The notes under the pieces: generated by a model | The model's input: the letters and a program-made list of their open reading frames with translations, nothing else | Told to the model about the DNA's origin: nothing | Databases searched by the model: none | Made by a program: the position numbers and the translations under genes | Part shown: positions 29,232 through 42,194 of the stretch, piece by piece | How the letters are laid out: the number at the start of each line of letters is the position of its first letter | How positions within the stretch are numbered: the stretch's first letter is position 1 | Assembly: GCF_009914755.1 (NCBI RefSeq) | Contig: NC_060925.1 | DNA: 64,000 bases | From: the human T2T-CHM13v2.0 reference genome, Homo sapiens | Strand: one strand, 5' to 3'

Positions 29232-31139
29232 CTGTGTTATATATCTATAGTATACATTAGATCTTCTATTTGGACGATTGTTATGCTGTCTCTGAATAAT
29301 CAGTTTTCCTACCATGGCAATTTTTATCTCTTTTTCCTGCCTTCCACCAATGGCTGGAGCCTCCAGTACAATGTTGAATAAAAATAATAATACTTGGCTT
29401 GAAAAAATTAGAATGTTTCAATAACGTTCTTACACAGGAGTCATGCTAATATTCTTGGACTTACTCCATTGTTAGTACATGTGCTGCCAAAGGGAGATAC
29501 AGACAAACTCTGCTCTCCTAGGTAGCAATTGACCACTCCCCGGTGGACCTGCAAGGACCTGAGGAAAAGACTGTGCAGGTGGGGTCTGTTTTCTGAAAAG
29601 AGAGAGACTGCCTCCAGGACAAGAAGTTCTAGCCCTTGGACTGGAATCATCCTTTTCACAATTGACTCCCTCTGGCCCATCCCCTTGAATATACTCTGCA
29701 TCTCATAAGTAACCATGAGATTTGTCTTGTGTTCCCTTACTTTAACCACCTTGAAGAGTGAGCAACATTTCTGCCACACAATGAGCAGAGATCCCAGGAG
29801 AATAGATTCTCAATCCTCCAGAGGACCACATTTGCAGTAGGTACTAACACACCTGATTATTTTGCCAGCCCCAGGTGTGTCATCTTTATTACCTAAGTAA
29901 CCAAGTGAATGTACTTGGGCTTTTCAGCATGCAGTGTTTTGCCTTTCTTTCTAAATCCCTATTACACAACTTGGAATTTCAGCAGCCAAAGGCAGGTTTT
30001 GGTCCATGCTCATTTTTCTGGTTTCTAAGATTGAAATTGAGCACATCAGTGTTAACTCTGCTGGCTATATAATTTAATGCATAAACCTGGACACTTTTGA
30101 GAGTGGAAAGAGGTGCTAAATACATAAGGTGGCTGAGCATAGGTATAAACCGGGCCTCCCCTGAGCAAACTAGGGTATGCAACCACTCCAGATATAATAC
30201 TTTCCTAAGTCCTTTTTCTTTCTGTAGCTCCTCTCCCACGTAGCATTTCTGCCTGTTATATTTCATCCCTATTTCAAACATTCCTCAGTTCTATTTTGGG
30301 AGGGATTCACCCAACCACTGTCCAACCTGTTAGTCCTCTTGAAAACAGTGAAGCCACAAATGAGGTATAGCTCAAGTACCTCAAGTAAAATGATTTCAAA
30401 GAACCTCTGACTGACCTCTAATGCTGTTCCACATCCTTTGTAGTACTACAAAAGATAAGCCTCTAATCTTCTCATCTGCACTCTTCTTTCTAAATTGTAC
30501 TATCCAAATGTCCTGTTACAGCAAACAGCATACATTACTTAAACACACATACATACACATAAAATAAAACAAAAATGATGCCTTTATCCCTGATCAGGGA
30601 AATTTGCTATAAGTGGCACCACATCAAAATGTTCTTGGGTCATGTTTTTTGTGCTTTATTGGTGACACTCAAAGTAAAGCATTTCAGTTCTTTTCAAAGA
30701 TCATTTAGTTGAGTTTCTAGCTTATTCCACCAAAGTGGCAGGCATGCTGGGCTGCTTGTCTCAGAATGCCTCTGCCACAAGCCAACATCATTCTACACCA
30801 CAGTTATTATTTATTAATTGCATTTTAATTGGTCTAGCTATTGCCAGCTAATGAGGAGATGACTATCAAATGTGACAGATATGAACTTAAAAGAGTGGAG
30901 TAGGGACTACATAGAAATGGCCAATTTGAGAACGGGCTTCTCTGAAAAAGGCAATATAACTTTCAGAAGCCACATTTCCTGATACTCCAAAATGGTCTCC
31001 TGATGGTCTCCAGTTTTATATTTGCACAGGAAATTATGTTTATCTGCCAGAAGGATGGCTCCAAAGAGTCAGATTCAAGACTTGCACTGAGTCTAGTGTT
31101 CTATAGGTACATGGAGAATGACACACTCACAAAATAGCA

Positions 31140-31335
31140 AATGATAATAACAGTTAACATTTATTGAATTCTTGCTATGTTCCCAATACTTATCATGTCA
31201 AGAGCTTAATATTTATTATGACGTTTAATCCTCAGGTGACTATGTTGTAGGAACCATTGTTAATCTTCAGTTTACAGGTGAAAAACCTGAATAACTTGCT
31301 ATGGTCATATGGTAGAGTGGGAGAGATGGAGTTTG
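31140..31335 (-). mobile_element. MIR
   Basis: aacatttattgaattcttgctatg...tttacaggtgaaaaacctga. Confidence 0.7.
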
Positions 31336-31534
31336 ATGACAAAGCTGATGCCTCAGTATACAGTATGGCTTGCACTATGTTTGCATTAAGTGCCACGCTA
31401 TTGATGTTTGTCTTTGGAGCCTCTTGCTATCATATTCTGCAGACTCATCCAGCATGCTGAAGAATACTTTTTACCCATGGCCCCATGAATATGGCAATAT
31501 AAAACTTATTTACTTATTCACACATCCATTGATT

Positions 31535-31576
31535 CGCCAAAAATATACATTGCTACGCCAAAAATATACATTGCTA
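31535..31576 (+). repeat. Perfect 21 bp tandem duplication
   Basis: cgccaaaaatatacattgcta x2. Confidence 0.95.
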
Positions 31577-31614
31577 CAGCTTTACAAAGAAGGACAGTTT
31601 ACTTTCAGACTGCA

Positions 31615-31850
31615 ATAATAAAGCAAGATTTCACAGGTGAGGTTAGAGTTAATCAATTTCTTTTAAAAGTTAGGATGGGAATCTTTCCAAGCAGAGGAAA
31701 TAGAATGTACAAGACACAGAGTTAGGAAAGCACAAGAACTGCTTAAGAAACATGGTGGTTCAATGTGAACACAGCATAATATAATGTGATGGAAAATCCA
31801 TTTGGAAAGGTGGGTTGAGCCAGATGACAGAATTTATTAGACTAAGCCAG
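31615..31850 (-). mobile_element. L2 fragment
   Basis: ttccaagcagaggaaatagaatgtacaagacacagag. Confidence 0.6.
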
Positions 31851-33599
31851 GCATCCCCAGAATGACTCAGATTTCCTTGGGGTTAGAGACTATGATTATT
31901 CATCTTAGTGACTCCCTCTTCCCAGCAGGACATTGCATGATGTCTGGCTCATTACGGGCATTTAAAGATACATATAACATATAAAGGAATGAAGTGTCAA
32001 TCTTACCAAGACATTATGTTTTTTAAAAACATGGATCTAAATCATAAAGGAAATATGTTCAAGTGGTGTAGTTGGAGTATCATAAGAAGATAGAGAAAAA
32101 TTTAGGAAGTTTTCAGTATCTCACTAGAATTCCTAAAATTGGACGAGCTAATAATAACTAACATTTTCTGTGCTTGTGCTGTGTGCTAGCCAATGTCCTT
32201 GGTGTTTCATTTAGCATCACACTTAATCTTCACAAATCCTAAGAGTACATACCATTATTATGACTAGTGTCCATTTAGGGATACGAGGGAACCATTAGTA
32301 ATCTTTGTCACATTAAACTAAAATTATGTGTTATCAGCATTTACAGAGGCCTTTAATTTAGTATTCTATTAAGTCTGACCACCCTTCAAGGCTTGGCAAC
32401 ACTGGGAACATTCTACTGCATGGACGTATAGTAGTTACAATTCCCACTATTTGTGAGATGAAAACATGTCATTAGAATGTTACTAATGTTGTCTTGAATG
32501 ACCAGGATTTTCCAAGGCTGCTATCCTTGCTTTTAAATTAGCATTAGTTTAATTTCATTGTTTTTACTTCAAAGTTTTTATCAGTTAATTAACTCTAAAT
32601 TTGATCATGGCATTTTTGGCTTATAATTTTTCAGTAACTAACATGGAAGAGTTTGACTGTGGTTTTTATTATTTTGTTCTTCTCCAATTTTTTGTCACCG
32701 TGGAGTATTTTTTACACTAGAAATTGGAAATGGATAAGGTATATGAATCAAGGAATCTTTTGATCCACCTAAGCAGGCTTCAGTCAAAGATTAAAAAAAA
32801 GAAAAAAATGACCTAGAAGAAGGCTGCTAAACGAATACCATCCATAACCACCTCCTGCTCTCACAGCTGGCATTGCTAATTAGTCATGGCACTCTTCTCA
32901 CTGAGCTAAAGTGCAGCTTCAGAATCCTTCTTAACTCAGCATTCTAGATAGCATGTGAGTAGAGAGTCAAACCCTATTTTCAATCTCTATCTTATAGCTA
33001 TTACTCTAATCTTTGATTGGAAAAAATCTGCAACATAATTATTGCTTGTAAGTTATTGTTTTGCCTGCCACACTTAGGACTATCCAGCATAATCAACATC
33101 ATCATTACCATAGCCATGTTTAGGCATCATGCTAAGGGCTTCATATGTTATCTCCTTTAGTTCTCACAGTAGCCATATGAGGCAAGTACAACCAACAACC
33201 ACTTTGTGATAGTTTCGTATTTTAATTCTCAGAAGTGAATCTTATTTCCAAGCTATTGACTTCACTGTAGTCTCCAGATCCTAACAACTAATGGTATCTC
33301 AGTCTTTGGGCAAAGGATGAAGACCCTAGAAGAATATTCTGGAAAAGCTTCAAATAGCAAATGTCTAAGCAGTCCTGAAAAAATATGAATACAAGATCAA
33401 TGAACAAAGCATATTTGTAAAAGATAAGAAGGCTATATAGTGGAAATGTTTTAAGGCAGGCAAAGTTAGAGCTGAAATTAAGCCTCTAGTTATAATATAG
33501 ATAAAAAACAGAAATATTCGCACAAGTGTGCATTATATCAGGGAATATGACAAGTTGTTTCATCACAGCTTATCTCCACAACTATCTAGAAGGTAAGTA

Positions 33600-33942
33600 C
33601 AATTTGAGCATCACTTATCCAAAACACTTGGGACCAGCATTGGATTTCAGATTTTTTCAGATTTTGGAATATTTGTGTATAAGCTATTTTGGGGATGAGA
33701 GCCAACTCTAACTGTGAAACTTATTTATGTTTCATATAAACCTAATACACATAGACTGAAGGTAATTTGTTCAGTATTTTTAATAGTTTTGTGCCTGAAA
33801 CAAAGTTTTGACTACATTTTGACAGCTACTCATGAGGTCAGATGTAGAATGTTTTACTTGCATTGTCATGTTGGTGCTCAAAAAGTTCCAGATTTTGAAA
33901 CATTTTGGATTTTGGATTTTCTGATTAGGGATACTCAGCTTG
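33600..33942 (+). mobile_element. Tigger4b-like (TcMar-Tigger) non-autonomous DNA transposon inserted in a MIR
   Basis: TIRs caatttgagcatcacttatccaaaa / ttttctgattagggatactcagcttg; preceded by TA. Confidence 0.8.
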
Positions 33943-34084
33943 CATTATTAGCTCCTTCTACAAAGAAGAAAAACAGAATTCAGTGAGATTAAGTCACCTT
34001 TCAAAGTCTTACGATCAGGAACCAGGATTCAAACCAATTTACCTTTCCCCACTCTGATGAGTAACTAACGTGGAAGAGCTTCAG

Positions 34085-34136
34085 TAAAGTATAATAATAA
34101 TAAAATAAAAAAAATAAAAAAAATTTAAAAAAAAAA
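34085..34136 (+). mobile_element. Orphan L1PA 3' terminus plus poly(A) tail
   Basis: taaagtataataataataaaataaa identical to the L1 end at 2701-2725, followed by an A-run. Confidence 0.6.
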
Positions 34137-34683
34137 GAATATCTCGAGATAAAATGGGCTGTTGGAGGCGCAGAGTTCTCACAGTGAAAATGTTTTTCAA
34201 GCTAGAAAACTCCTTGGTATTGGTTTCAAGACTGAGATTCTGTGAGTCCATAAATGTAAGCAGTAAAGCCACCATCCATGCCCCCAAAAAAAAAAAATTC
34301 ATTATTTTGTTGCTTGATGAGGCAACCTGAGGGGAAAAAAAAACTAACGTCAGCCCCATGTAATTTTTTGCTGGGTTCAAAATGCACTGACATTACAATT
34401 CAGATCCACTAGGTCCTACAGTTTGGGAGTGACAGACTTAAGAACAAGATCTAAGCAAATTTTTTAAGTGTTAAGTGTAGGGTTAAGTGTTGAAGAGGAA
34501 AAAAGAGATCCATTCTTTGAGCACTTTTGTCCAATACTTCTTTAATCAAATATTTCTCCTCTCTAATAGAAAAAACTCTTATCCTTTCTCACCCAAAGTA
34601 CAGGTGCCAAGGGCCATCATCATTCATTTTACCCCATTGTATTGTCATCAGACAAATAATGCTAGTGATTATTTCTGCTCAAG

Positions 34684-34877
34684 ACTTGCCAGTGAAAAAT
34701 GCATCAGGAAATGTCAGCCTTCCATTTTTCATCTTAAAGACGACAACACTAAATAAGAACAGAAATTCACACAGGTAAACCCATCTGTGCTGAGCATAAA
34801 GCCACACAGTCTTCAAGATGAATTATTTCAGTGTGTGAGCCTTTGAGTCAGATGGCCAACTTTGCCAAATTATTAAT
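34684..34877. promoter_or_regulatory. Candidate conserved cis-regulatory module, copy 2 (paralog of 20222-20422)
   Basis: Block-wise identity to copy 1; AP-1 TGAGTCA 34844-34850, TGGCCAA/TGCCAA. Confidence 0.55.
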
Positions 34878-36430
34878 GCGTTGGGTGTTTTTATCTTCTC
34901 TCAGAAAGAGACTGAATTCAGAAGGAAGTTCTCACTTATACTCCCTTAGAATCTGAAATTTAAATCTTGGGTTTCAATGGCTAGATTTTTCTGACAATTT
35001 GAAAGCAATCCGGGTTTAGAGAGTCTGTATCCTTTTTCTTGTTGTGCTACATTCAAAAAATGTGTCTCCTGTCAATCTCCTAACCAGTGGGCAGCTCCAG
35101 CATAATATGCTTCTTCATTTTCCCCCACCCTCTGCAATAATAACATTGGTCAAACTTCATTGAACTCTCTCACTTACTTGGCATTACAGACATTGCAGGG
35201 AAGTATAAGATCACTATGAGGGTCAGGATTAGGAATCTGTTCATTTTTCCTATGCTGCACTTGGTCTTAATTTTTTTTAATTGAGGACAAATATCCTTCC
35301 CTTCATAAAATACTTCTCTAAATGAAGTGCAACTTATAAAAAAATAAAATGTTTTAAGTTCCTCCCCCAGCAAGCAAATTTAAAAAAATAATTACTTTTA
35401 TACTTATTTAACAAGTAGATTGCTCAATTTTAGTATTATAGCCATTTTAAAAAGCAATCTTTTCAGAATTATTTGTCAAGTCTTCCATTTTATGCCATAT
35501 ATAATAAGACTTAAAATTAGGAGCTTACGCATAAAAATTAGTCTTAAACATAATTACCCAATTCTTTATCCCCTAAATACTCTCTTTAATTATTTTCTTA
35601 TCACAAGAGCAATATATGCTTCTTGGAAAAGTTTTGCTTAAAAATAAAATTCACCCATAGTCCATCATGTAGAGTTAAGCTCTGCTGATATTTAAGTGTA
35701 GATGTCACTTTCACTTTTCCCTAGGAATTAACATATAGATAATGCATTCACTGGATGTGGGCAGAAGAAACCTAATTGAAGTAATTAAAGCAAAAGGGAG
35801 ATTTATGATAAGAATAGCAGAATGTCTCCCTGACCTCACAGTAAAAAATGCACCAGGCCTTAGAATCAGACTTAAACACTGCTGGGAATTGGGAAAATAT
35901 CTGTTCTCTGCATTCTTCACCTCTCTTTCCTCTCACCCTGTGGCAAAAATAAAAATAATAATAATAATAAAAATAATAATGGTTAGTAACAACATCTTGT
36001 TATTTTAAATCTCCCTCTGCTTAAGATAACTGCCAGACTGAGACCGTACATTCTTCGTCACAATCCCAAAACCCTCTGGGTAGGAAATGAGGATTGGTCA
36101 GAGAACCCATCACTGATTTAGTCAGCTGTGGACAGGGCCGTGCACATATTCTATAAATATGACTGCCTCCATTGAAAGTGTCTGTCTGGGCTGAAGGGGG
36201 ACAGGAAACAGAAAGGAGACATTACTCTGAGCTAGGGAGATAACCACAGATATTCACCGGTGATAGATTTGACATCTTTATTTTGCGAAAGTGAAAATAA
36301 CCACATGTATTGTTTTGTAACTTTCTCCCCTCACTTAATACAAAATGGCTAATGTTCAAATGAGCTTCCTTCATTTCCCCTTTATTTTTGTTATTAATGA
36401 AACTTTCTCTGTATATTTGTTTCCCTAATG

Positions 36431-37540
36431 CAGTGCTTCCAAACTTCTTTTACATTATGACACACACACACACAGAAAACAATACTTGTGTTGCATACTC
36501 AGTAAACTGGAGGAAATATGAGGGCATATATACGGCTTAGTGCAAAATATATTTTCTTTATATTATAAAAGAAGTAAAATATATTTTCTTTATATTATAA
36601 AAGAAGTAAAATATATTTTCTTTATATTATAAAAAGTAAAATAGTACAAACAGTAAAATTGAGGAACACATTAAATATTAAATTACATAAAGCCTCTAAT
36701 TAAAGTATTCTCAAGATGTTTGATGAAAAATTTGAGCTTGCTTCCACAACTCTTTTATTCATGTCAGATTTTATGCTTGAAATAACTACACAAAATTCCT
36801 GATGAAGAATTTTCCATGATGATATTTTCAAATTCTTTATAAGCACCATCGTGAGAAACTTTGCACATGTAGGTGATAAAAGAGAGTAAAGTATTTTTAC
36901 AATTATTCCAAAATGGACACATTTAAATTATACTTAAAGAAACTAACAGCTCTTCCTTTTATCTATTAATGTAATATTGAAATTTCTTGTGATAATGTGA
37001 ATGGATTTTGAATCCATCGAATTTTTTTCATATTAAGTATCTCAAAATAATGGTAATTCTCTCATTTTCAGAATGAGCATATGCTCTTAGAAAGGCCATT
37101 CTGAAGCTAGCTAAGTCGCCACTAAAAAGGCACTCTGCCAGAAATGGACAGAAATATCGGATACATGTGAAGGCAGAGATTGGGGTTATCACAGGGAGCT
37201 GTACCCACATGGGCCCAACCCCACCTGGAGCTAGTGCTATACTCTCCCAACAACATCATGTTAACATTGGCTGCTGAAGGAGATCCAGGTGATAGCAGTA
37301 CCTCCTTGTCAGTGCTATGCACATCATGGTGGGGCAGAGTGAAAATGAGTGAAGACACATCGTCAGCCTGTGGGGACTGAGAGCATACTATCAGACCACT
37401 GCACTCTGGATGAGGCAGCTCCAAGTCAAAGGCTATGGGACTCCAGCAGCCCCAGGCCTGCCCAGCTACCCCATGGTCAGAGATCAATATCTCATGGCAA
37501 GCTGTAATCCATTCATAGCAGATTGGCAAAAGTTGTAGTC
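36431..37540. mobile_element. hAT-Charlie (Charlie4-like) DNA transposon with transposase C-terminal remnant on the minus strand
   Basis: TIR cagtgcttccaaactt; minus-strand TLLSFITYMCKVS (cf. hAT dimerisation LLPFxxTYLCE) and KQAQ near 36730-36890; right end degenerate. Confidence 0.65.
36544..36643 (+). repeat. 32 bp AT-rich minisatellite, ~3 copies
   Basis: aaaatatattttctttatattataaaagaagt x2 plus a 30 bp variant. Confidence 0.95.
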
Positions 37541-37579
37541 TAACAAAATGGAAGTTTTATTGATTTTATCCTACTAGTG

Positions 37580-37812
37580 CAGTGGTTTTCAAATTTTGGT
37601 CCATGAAGCAAAATCTATGCAGGATCTTGCTACAGGGCTCTGAAGCAAAATACAGGTGAAGAGAAAGCCCAGGGGTTAAAGTCCTGGGTTTGCTGCTCTG
37701 TCTCAACCAGCACAGTCTTCACTGTTTGTTACCTTTTCTATATTCAGGTGTGTGGGTGCGTGTATAGGGAGGGGGGATTTTAACCACTAAAAACAAAAAG
37801 CTTTAAACCTGC
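37580..37812 (+). mobile_element. hAT-Charlie MITE (MER112/MER117-like)
   Basis: TIR cagtggttttcaaa; internal cagcacag...ttttctatatt; degenerate right end aaaagctttaaacc. Confidence 0.5.
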
Positions 37813-37919
37813 CATACTGATGTCCATCCTTAAAACTTTTTTAAAAAATAAATGATTATATATATACATATATATATATATTTCTATAAATATCAAACAC
37901 GACACAGCAGTACTCCTTC

Positions 37920-39030
37920 ATGTAAAATGTGAAATTTCACATACACATCTCAACACTCAGTTTTTGTTGAAATGATCTAGGATTTTAGATCTCGATTCTT
38001 TTAATACATTTTGACATTAGGTATCTCCTGTTTCCCTTTATTTTTGACATTTGCAGTAAGTTTCATAACTACATTAGCATTAGTAATCTAAATGTAATAC
38101 TATTTCACTAGCTCCATCTTTCATTACATTTCCTTTGATAAATCTTCCTGATTTCTAAATTCTTTATTATGACTAATTTCTTGGTTCATTGGAGCACTTA
38201 TTCAAGTAATTTTTTCAGGAAGAATACACTGACAGTATGCTTTCTGAAGCTGTGCACATTGGAACTTGTTTTTCCTCTACCCTGCCATTTGAAGACAAAT
38301 GTGGGTAGGACTAGAATTCTGGGAACATATTTTGCCCCTGGAAATTATGTGGACAATGTGTCATTGTTCTCTGACAGTGTTCATTTTAAACAGAAAAGTT
38401 CTGATGTCAACTAGATTATTTTCCTTTATAATGAATCCATTTGTTTTCCTCAAAATTGCATTCAGGAATGCTTTGAAGGATTGAGAAATCATTGAGATTT
38501 TAAAACTTTGGGATAGAGTCATTTTAATTATTTTAACTCTAAGATTCATGTTTTTCCTCCATTTAAAGATATTTTCTTTGACTAGTTCTTTGGTTACTTC
38601 CCTCCACCTATCTTCTCCTAAAGACATTTCAATTACCTGATGTCAAATCACCAGGATAATGTCCCACGTCTCTTTTTTGTCATGATTTCCATTACTTTAT
38701 CCTTTTCCTTCATGTCTTGTGACAAGTTATAAAGCTTATTTTTTATTCATTAATTGAGTTTTCTACTATGTTTAACTTATTGCCTGCTTCCTCCACTGTA
38801 TGCATTCAGAGTTCATGTTTTTCTTCTCCAAGAAATGTTTTTTACTTTCAAGACTGTTTTAAGGACTGCCTGCTTCTGTATTATGAATGAAATACTCTCT
38901 TATTGAAAATACAAATGAGTCATTATCTGGGAGTTCCCTTCTTCTTGTGACTTGTAGGGTAACAGTTGCCCCAGGTGTGTTAGCATATCTGCTGTCTTTT
39001 GAGCCAATGCCTCTTCTAAAATACCCAGTG
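37920..39030 (-). mobile_element. Ancient L1M remnant
   Basis: ctagaattctggga..., agaaaagttctgatgtcaa, T-rich antisense L1 text. Confidence 0.5.
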
Positions 39031-39379
39031 AGTTTTCCATTTTCCTGCTCTGCGGAGAGATGGCTGTTTGCCCAGCATGAGGAATTCAGGCAGATTCTGC
39101 CCCAGAGGACATGGGTCCCTGATGAAATATTTCAGACTCAAGACAAATAAAAAAGGAAAGGATTTAGATTGACTGTAGTGTCACTTTGTGAGATGAGAAG
39201 TCTAGCTGCCCAGGGAAATTGGGAAGAAGCTACAGCCCCAGGGCTATCACTTTGGGAGCCTCATCTCTGTGCCCATGGTTCTGATTCTTTTCCACGTGTG
39301 ATGTGGTAGCTAGAATGTGAGCTGGGGCTCTTGCTTTCCTTCTCCTCTAATAGGCACAACCACCTTTGTTAAGAGTCTG

Positions 39380-39572
39380 CACAATTTAACTGATCATCTG
39401 AGTCAATTACAAGCCCTTAAGTGAGTACCAGGAGGGAGTTAGTTTTCTCATCTACACATGGGGATGGTAGTACTTACCTCATGATGGTGTTGTGATGATG
39501 GAAGGAGTTACTGCATATAAAGTCCATAGAACACTGCCTAGTGTGTAGTAAGCACCACGTTATAGTCTGCTA
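39380..39572 (+). mobile_element. MIR
   Basis: agtttttctcatctacacatggggatggtagtacttacctcatga...agaacactgcctag. Confidence 0.75.
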
Positions 39573-39642
39573 TTTTCATACTGGCCTGCACTCCGGGAAT
39601 TCCAATAACAGCTGCCTTTCTCAGAGGTACAAGTGAATGAAG

Positions 39643-39688
39643 ATCTCTCTCTCTCACACACACACACACATACACACACTCACACACC
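39643..39688. repeat. (CT)n(CA)n compound microsatellite
   Basis: tctctctctctcacacacacacacacatacacacactcacacac. Confidence 0.9.
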
Positions 39689-40819
39689 TGTCACATCATG
39701 TGTCCTGCTGTGTAAGCTGGTGGTGTTGTGGACTTTCACTGTGTCTCTTCTTCTCCACCCACACATTGGGCTCTTCCTTCACATATAGCAATTTCAAAGC
39801 TGGGCAATGCTTCCCTCAACCTGGCCACACCATCTTTTCCAATAACATGAATTTGCTCCTTTCAATGAAAATTTGGAGAAGTGAGTAAGATTTTGCCCCA
39901 TTCTGACAGTACCTGGCACATAGTCAGTTCTTAATTTAGTTCTGTTAAAGGAAAGGCTATCCATAGCATCAATTCCCTTTGTGAATCTAAAACTTTCCTG
40001 TTTATAAGTGTGAGAAGTGACCTAATGTCATCTCTAGAATGTCAAGGCTTACTGAAAACAGTTTTATCACAGCTGGCAGCAGCTGACACCAATCAAAGTA
40101 CAATTAGTCAATGAGAATGTCAGAGAAATGATTTTAGACTCCTTTAGGGTTGGAAGTTGGAGCAGCCATCGGTCAGTTGTGATAGACAAGAGGCTTGGAA
40201 AATTACTGAAGAGTTTTTAAAAGAGTTGGAACACCTAAGCGAACATTCCTGATCAAAGACAGACTGAGCTGCTAAAATCTGTTCAAAGGCTTTTAGAGCT
40301 TCAGCACTGAGCTAATTTTAATTACCATCTTTAGATAAGGGAGAAGTAAACAGATCGCTTTGGTACATTTAGAAATGCTATGTGAGTTTTGAGCATTTTG
40401 AGCAAAGAGGTAGAATCTTGAGTCTAAACCTTCCCCCATCACACCAGGATTGCAGAGGCCCAGATAGCACTCTACATCTTGAGACCAATACTTCAGTGCA
40501 GTTCCTGGAATAAGTTCAAAAGAATATTGAATTTGGAAAGCAGTATAAAATTCATTTTGGACCAACCAAACTAATCCTTCTTTAATGATTAAAAACATAG
40601 TACATCCAAAATCAAAACAAATCTCAAAATGGCAAGAGTCAAACTATGTAAACAAGCTAAGAGGATCTGAAATACAAGAAAATAAAATAATAATTCAGAC
40701 CTTCATGAGGTCCCATCTCAGTGGATTTGGTTATACATGATCCAAATAGAAGCTGGTCAGGTAAGTTCAAAGCCGTAGTTGTTCATGACAATTAATTTAG
40801 CAATGCCTAAAAGAAGACT

Positions 40820-41912
40820 GTATCCTGGAGAAAATGGAGCCCCCTCTAGCCTTCCCTAAATGAGAACATTAAACTCTTTTATGCCAAGCCACTGAGATTT
40901 TGAGATTTATTTATTACTGCAGTGTAGTCTCACAGTGTCAGCTTTCACTAAGTTATGCTGGGAAAACAACCACAAAATACCAGTGGCTTATAACACTATT
41001 AGATGTTCTCCCATCAGATGTGGCTGTGGATTGGCTGTTTCTCTGCCATATGAGTCATCTTCATTCACAGGTTCAGAGGTAAGAAGCAGCCCTTTTCTTG
41101 AATACCATTGTTCAAGACATAGAAGAGGCAAGAGAACTGGTGGAACTACATGAAGGCTTTTACACCTTCTGTTCAGAAATGGTACATAATGCTTCTGCCT
41201 TCATTTCATTGTTCAAAAAAAGCCACATGACCAAGCCTTATTACAATGGGGCAGAGAACTGTGTGATCTTTTCACAGGGAGGGGTAACAAATAATTGGGA
41301 ATAATAATACAATCTATCACATCGTCTTACCTTGATGAATACAAATATTGGAAAGAGAAGTGGTGAGCCACCACCAAATAACAAAGCAAAAACAAAAACT
41401 TAAAGCTAAAATATGTGGCACTGGCCTAGCCATGAGTGTTGAGAAACCTGCTGTCTGAAGTTGGAGAGATGGAGATCTATGTAATGTATTTGGTGGAACC
41501 ATCTTCAGAGGTAGCACAGGAAGCAGGTCATGTGTCTGCTGAGCAGGCATCTTAAGAAGAGAGGTTGGAAAACTAAAATTTAATAGTTGTTGTTATTGGC
41601 CATTTGGCAATATTACAAAATAAATAATATCTCAGGAAAGAATTGGGCAATTTCAGGCAGAAATGAAGTAAATGGAAAGTCCAAAAATGTGGGGTCTTGC
41701 AAGACCAGTAAAACTGATTGCTTTCAGACTCCAAACAGTAGAGATGGAAAAAATGACCTTAAATGGCAGACTAAAATGGAATTTTGGTCTTTGGAACAGA
41801 ACTGTCTACTCATCTTGGTCCTGTTACATGAAGAATAAGCTTCTATCTATGGTGAGCTACCGAGTTTCGGGGTCTCCTTGTTACAGAAGCTTAGCTTGCA
41901 CCTTGACTAACA
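40820..41912. mobile_element. MLT1 cluster: plus-strand MLT1 LTR/internal remnants interrupted by a minus-strand MLT1 LTR (~40933-41320)
   Basis: aagccactgagattttgag...ttactgcag; cagtggcttataacac...cacatgaccaagcct; ttgttacagaagcttagc...gactaaca. Confidence 0.6.
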
Positions 41913-42194
41913 GATAAGTGTAAAGTCACTCTGAATACCAAGATTGCTTTCAAGATTGGTCTCTTGGAGTCCAGGACAATTGGCTGGGCTTCTTTGGCAT
42001 CTAACCTAACCTTAACTAACTTCTTGTTCATTTAGACTTTGTAACTCCCCAAAGACAGGATCCTACCCAATATGAGTGCCATTCTTAGGGAAATATCAAG
42101 GAATTCAAAGCAAGCTCATTGCTCTGCAGAAAATTATTATCTAGTATATAATTTGCATTTAATTTAAAGAAAGCAGGAGATGCAACACCAAATG

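Larger units (their letters stand above)
26170..29420 (-). mobile_element. Old L1M element (3'UTR plus ORF2) interrupted by the inverted L1PA at 27684-28990
   Basis: Antisense L1 text on both sides (ttgtcctagcaccat...; cctccagtacaatgttgaata). Confidence 0.7.

Noticed and set aside
29441-30281. 100-112 aa minus-strand ORFs in unique sequence (also 37122-37529, 46580-46888, 51321-51722)
   Set aside because: No recognisable domain or exon structure; lengths are within chance expectation for six-frame scanning with alternative starts.
36544-36643. 32 bp repeats as a CRISPR-like array
   Set aside because: No spacers, head-to-tail minisatellite, eukaryotic context.
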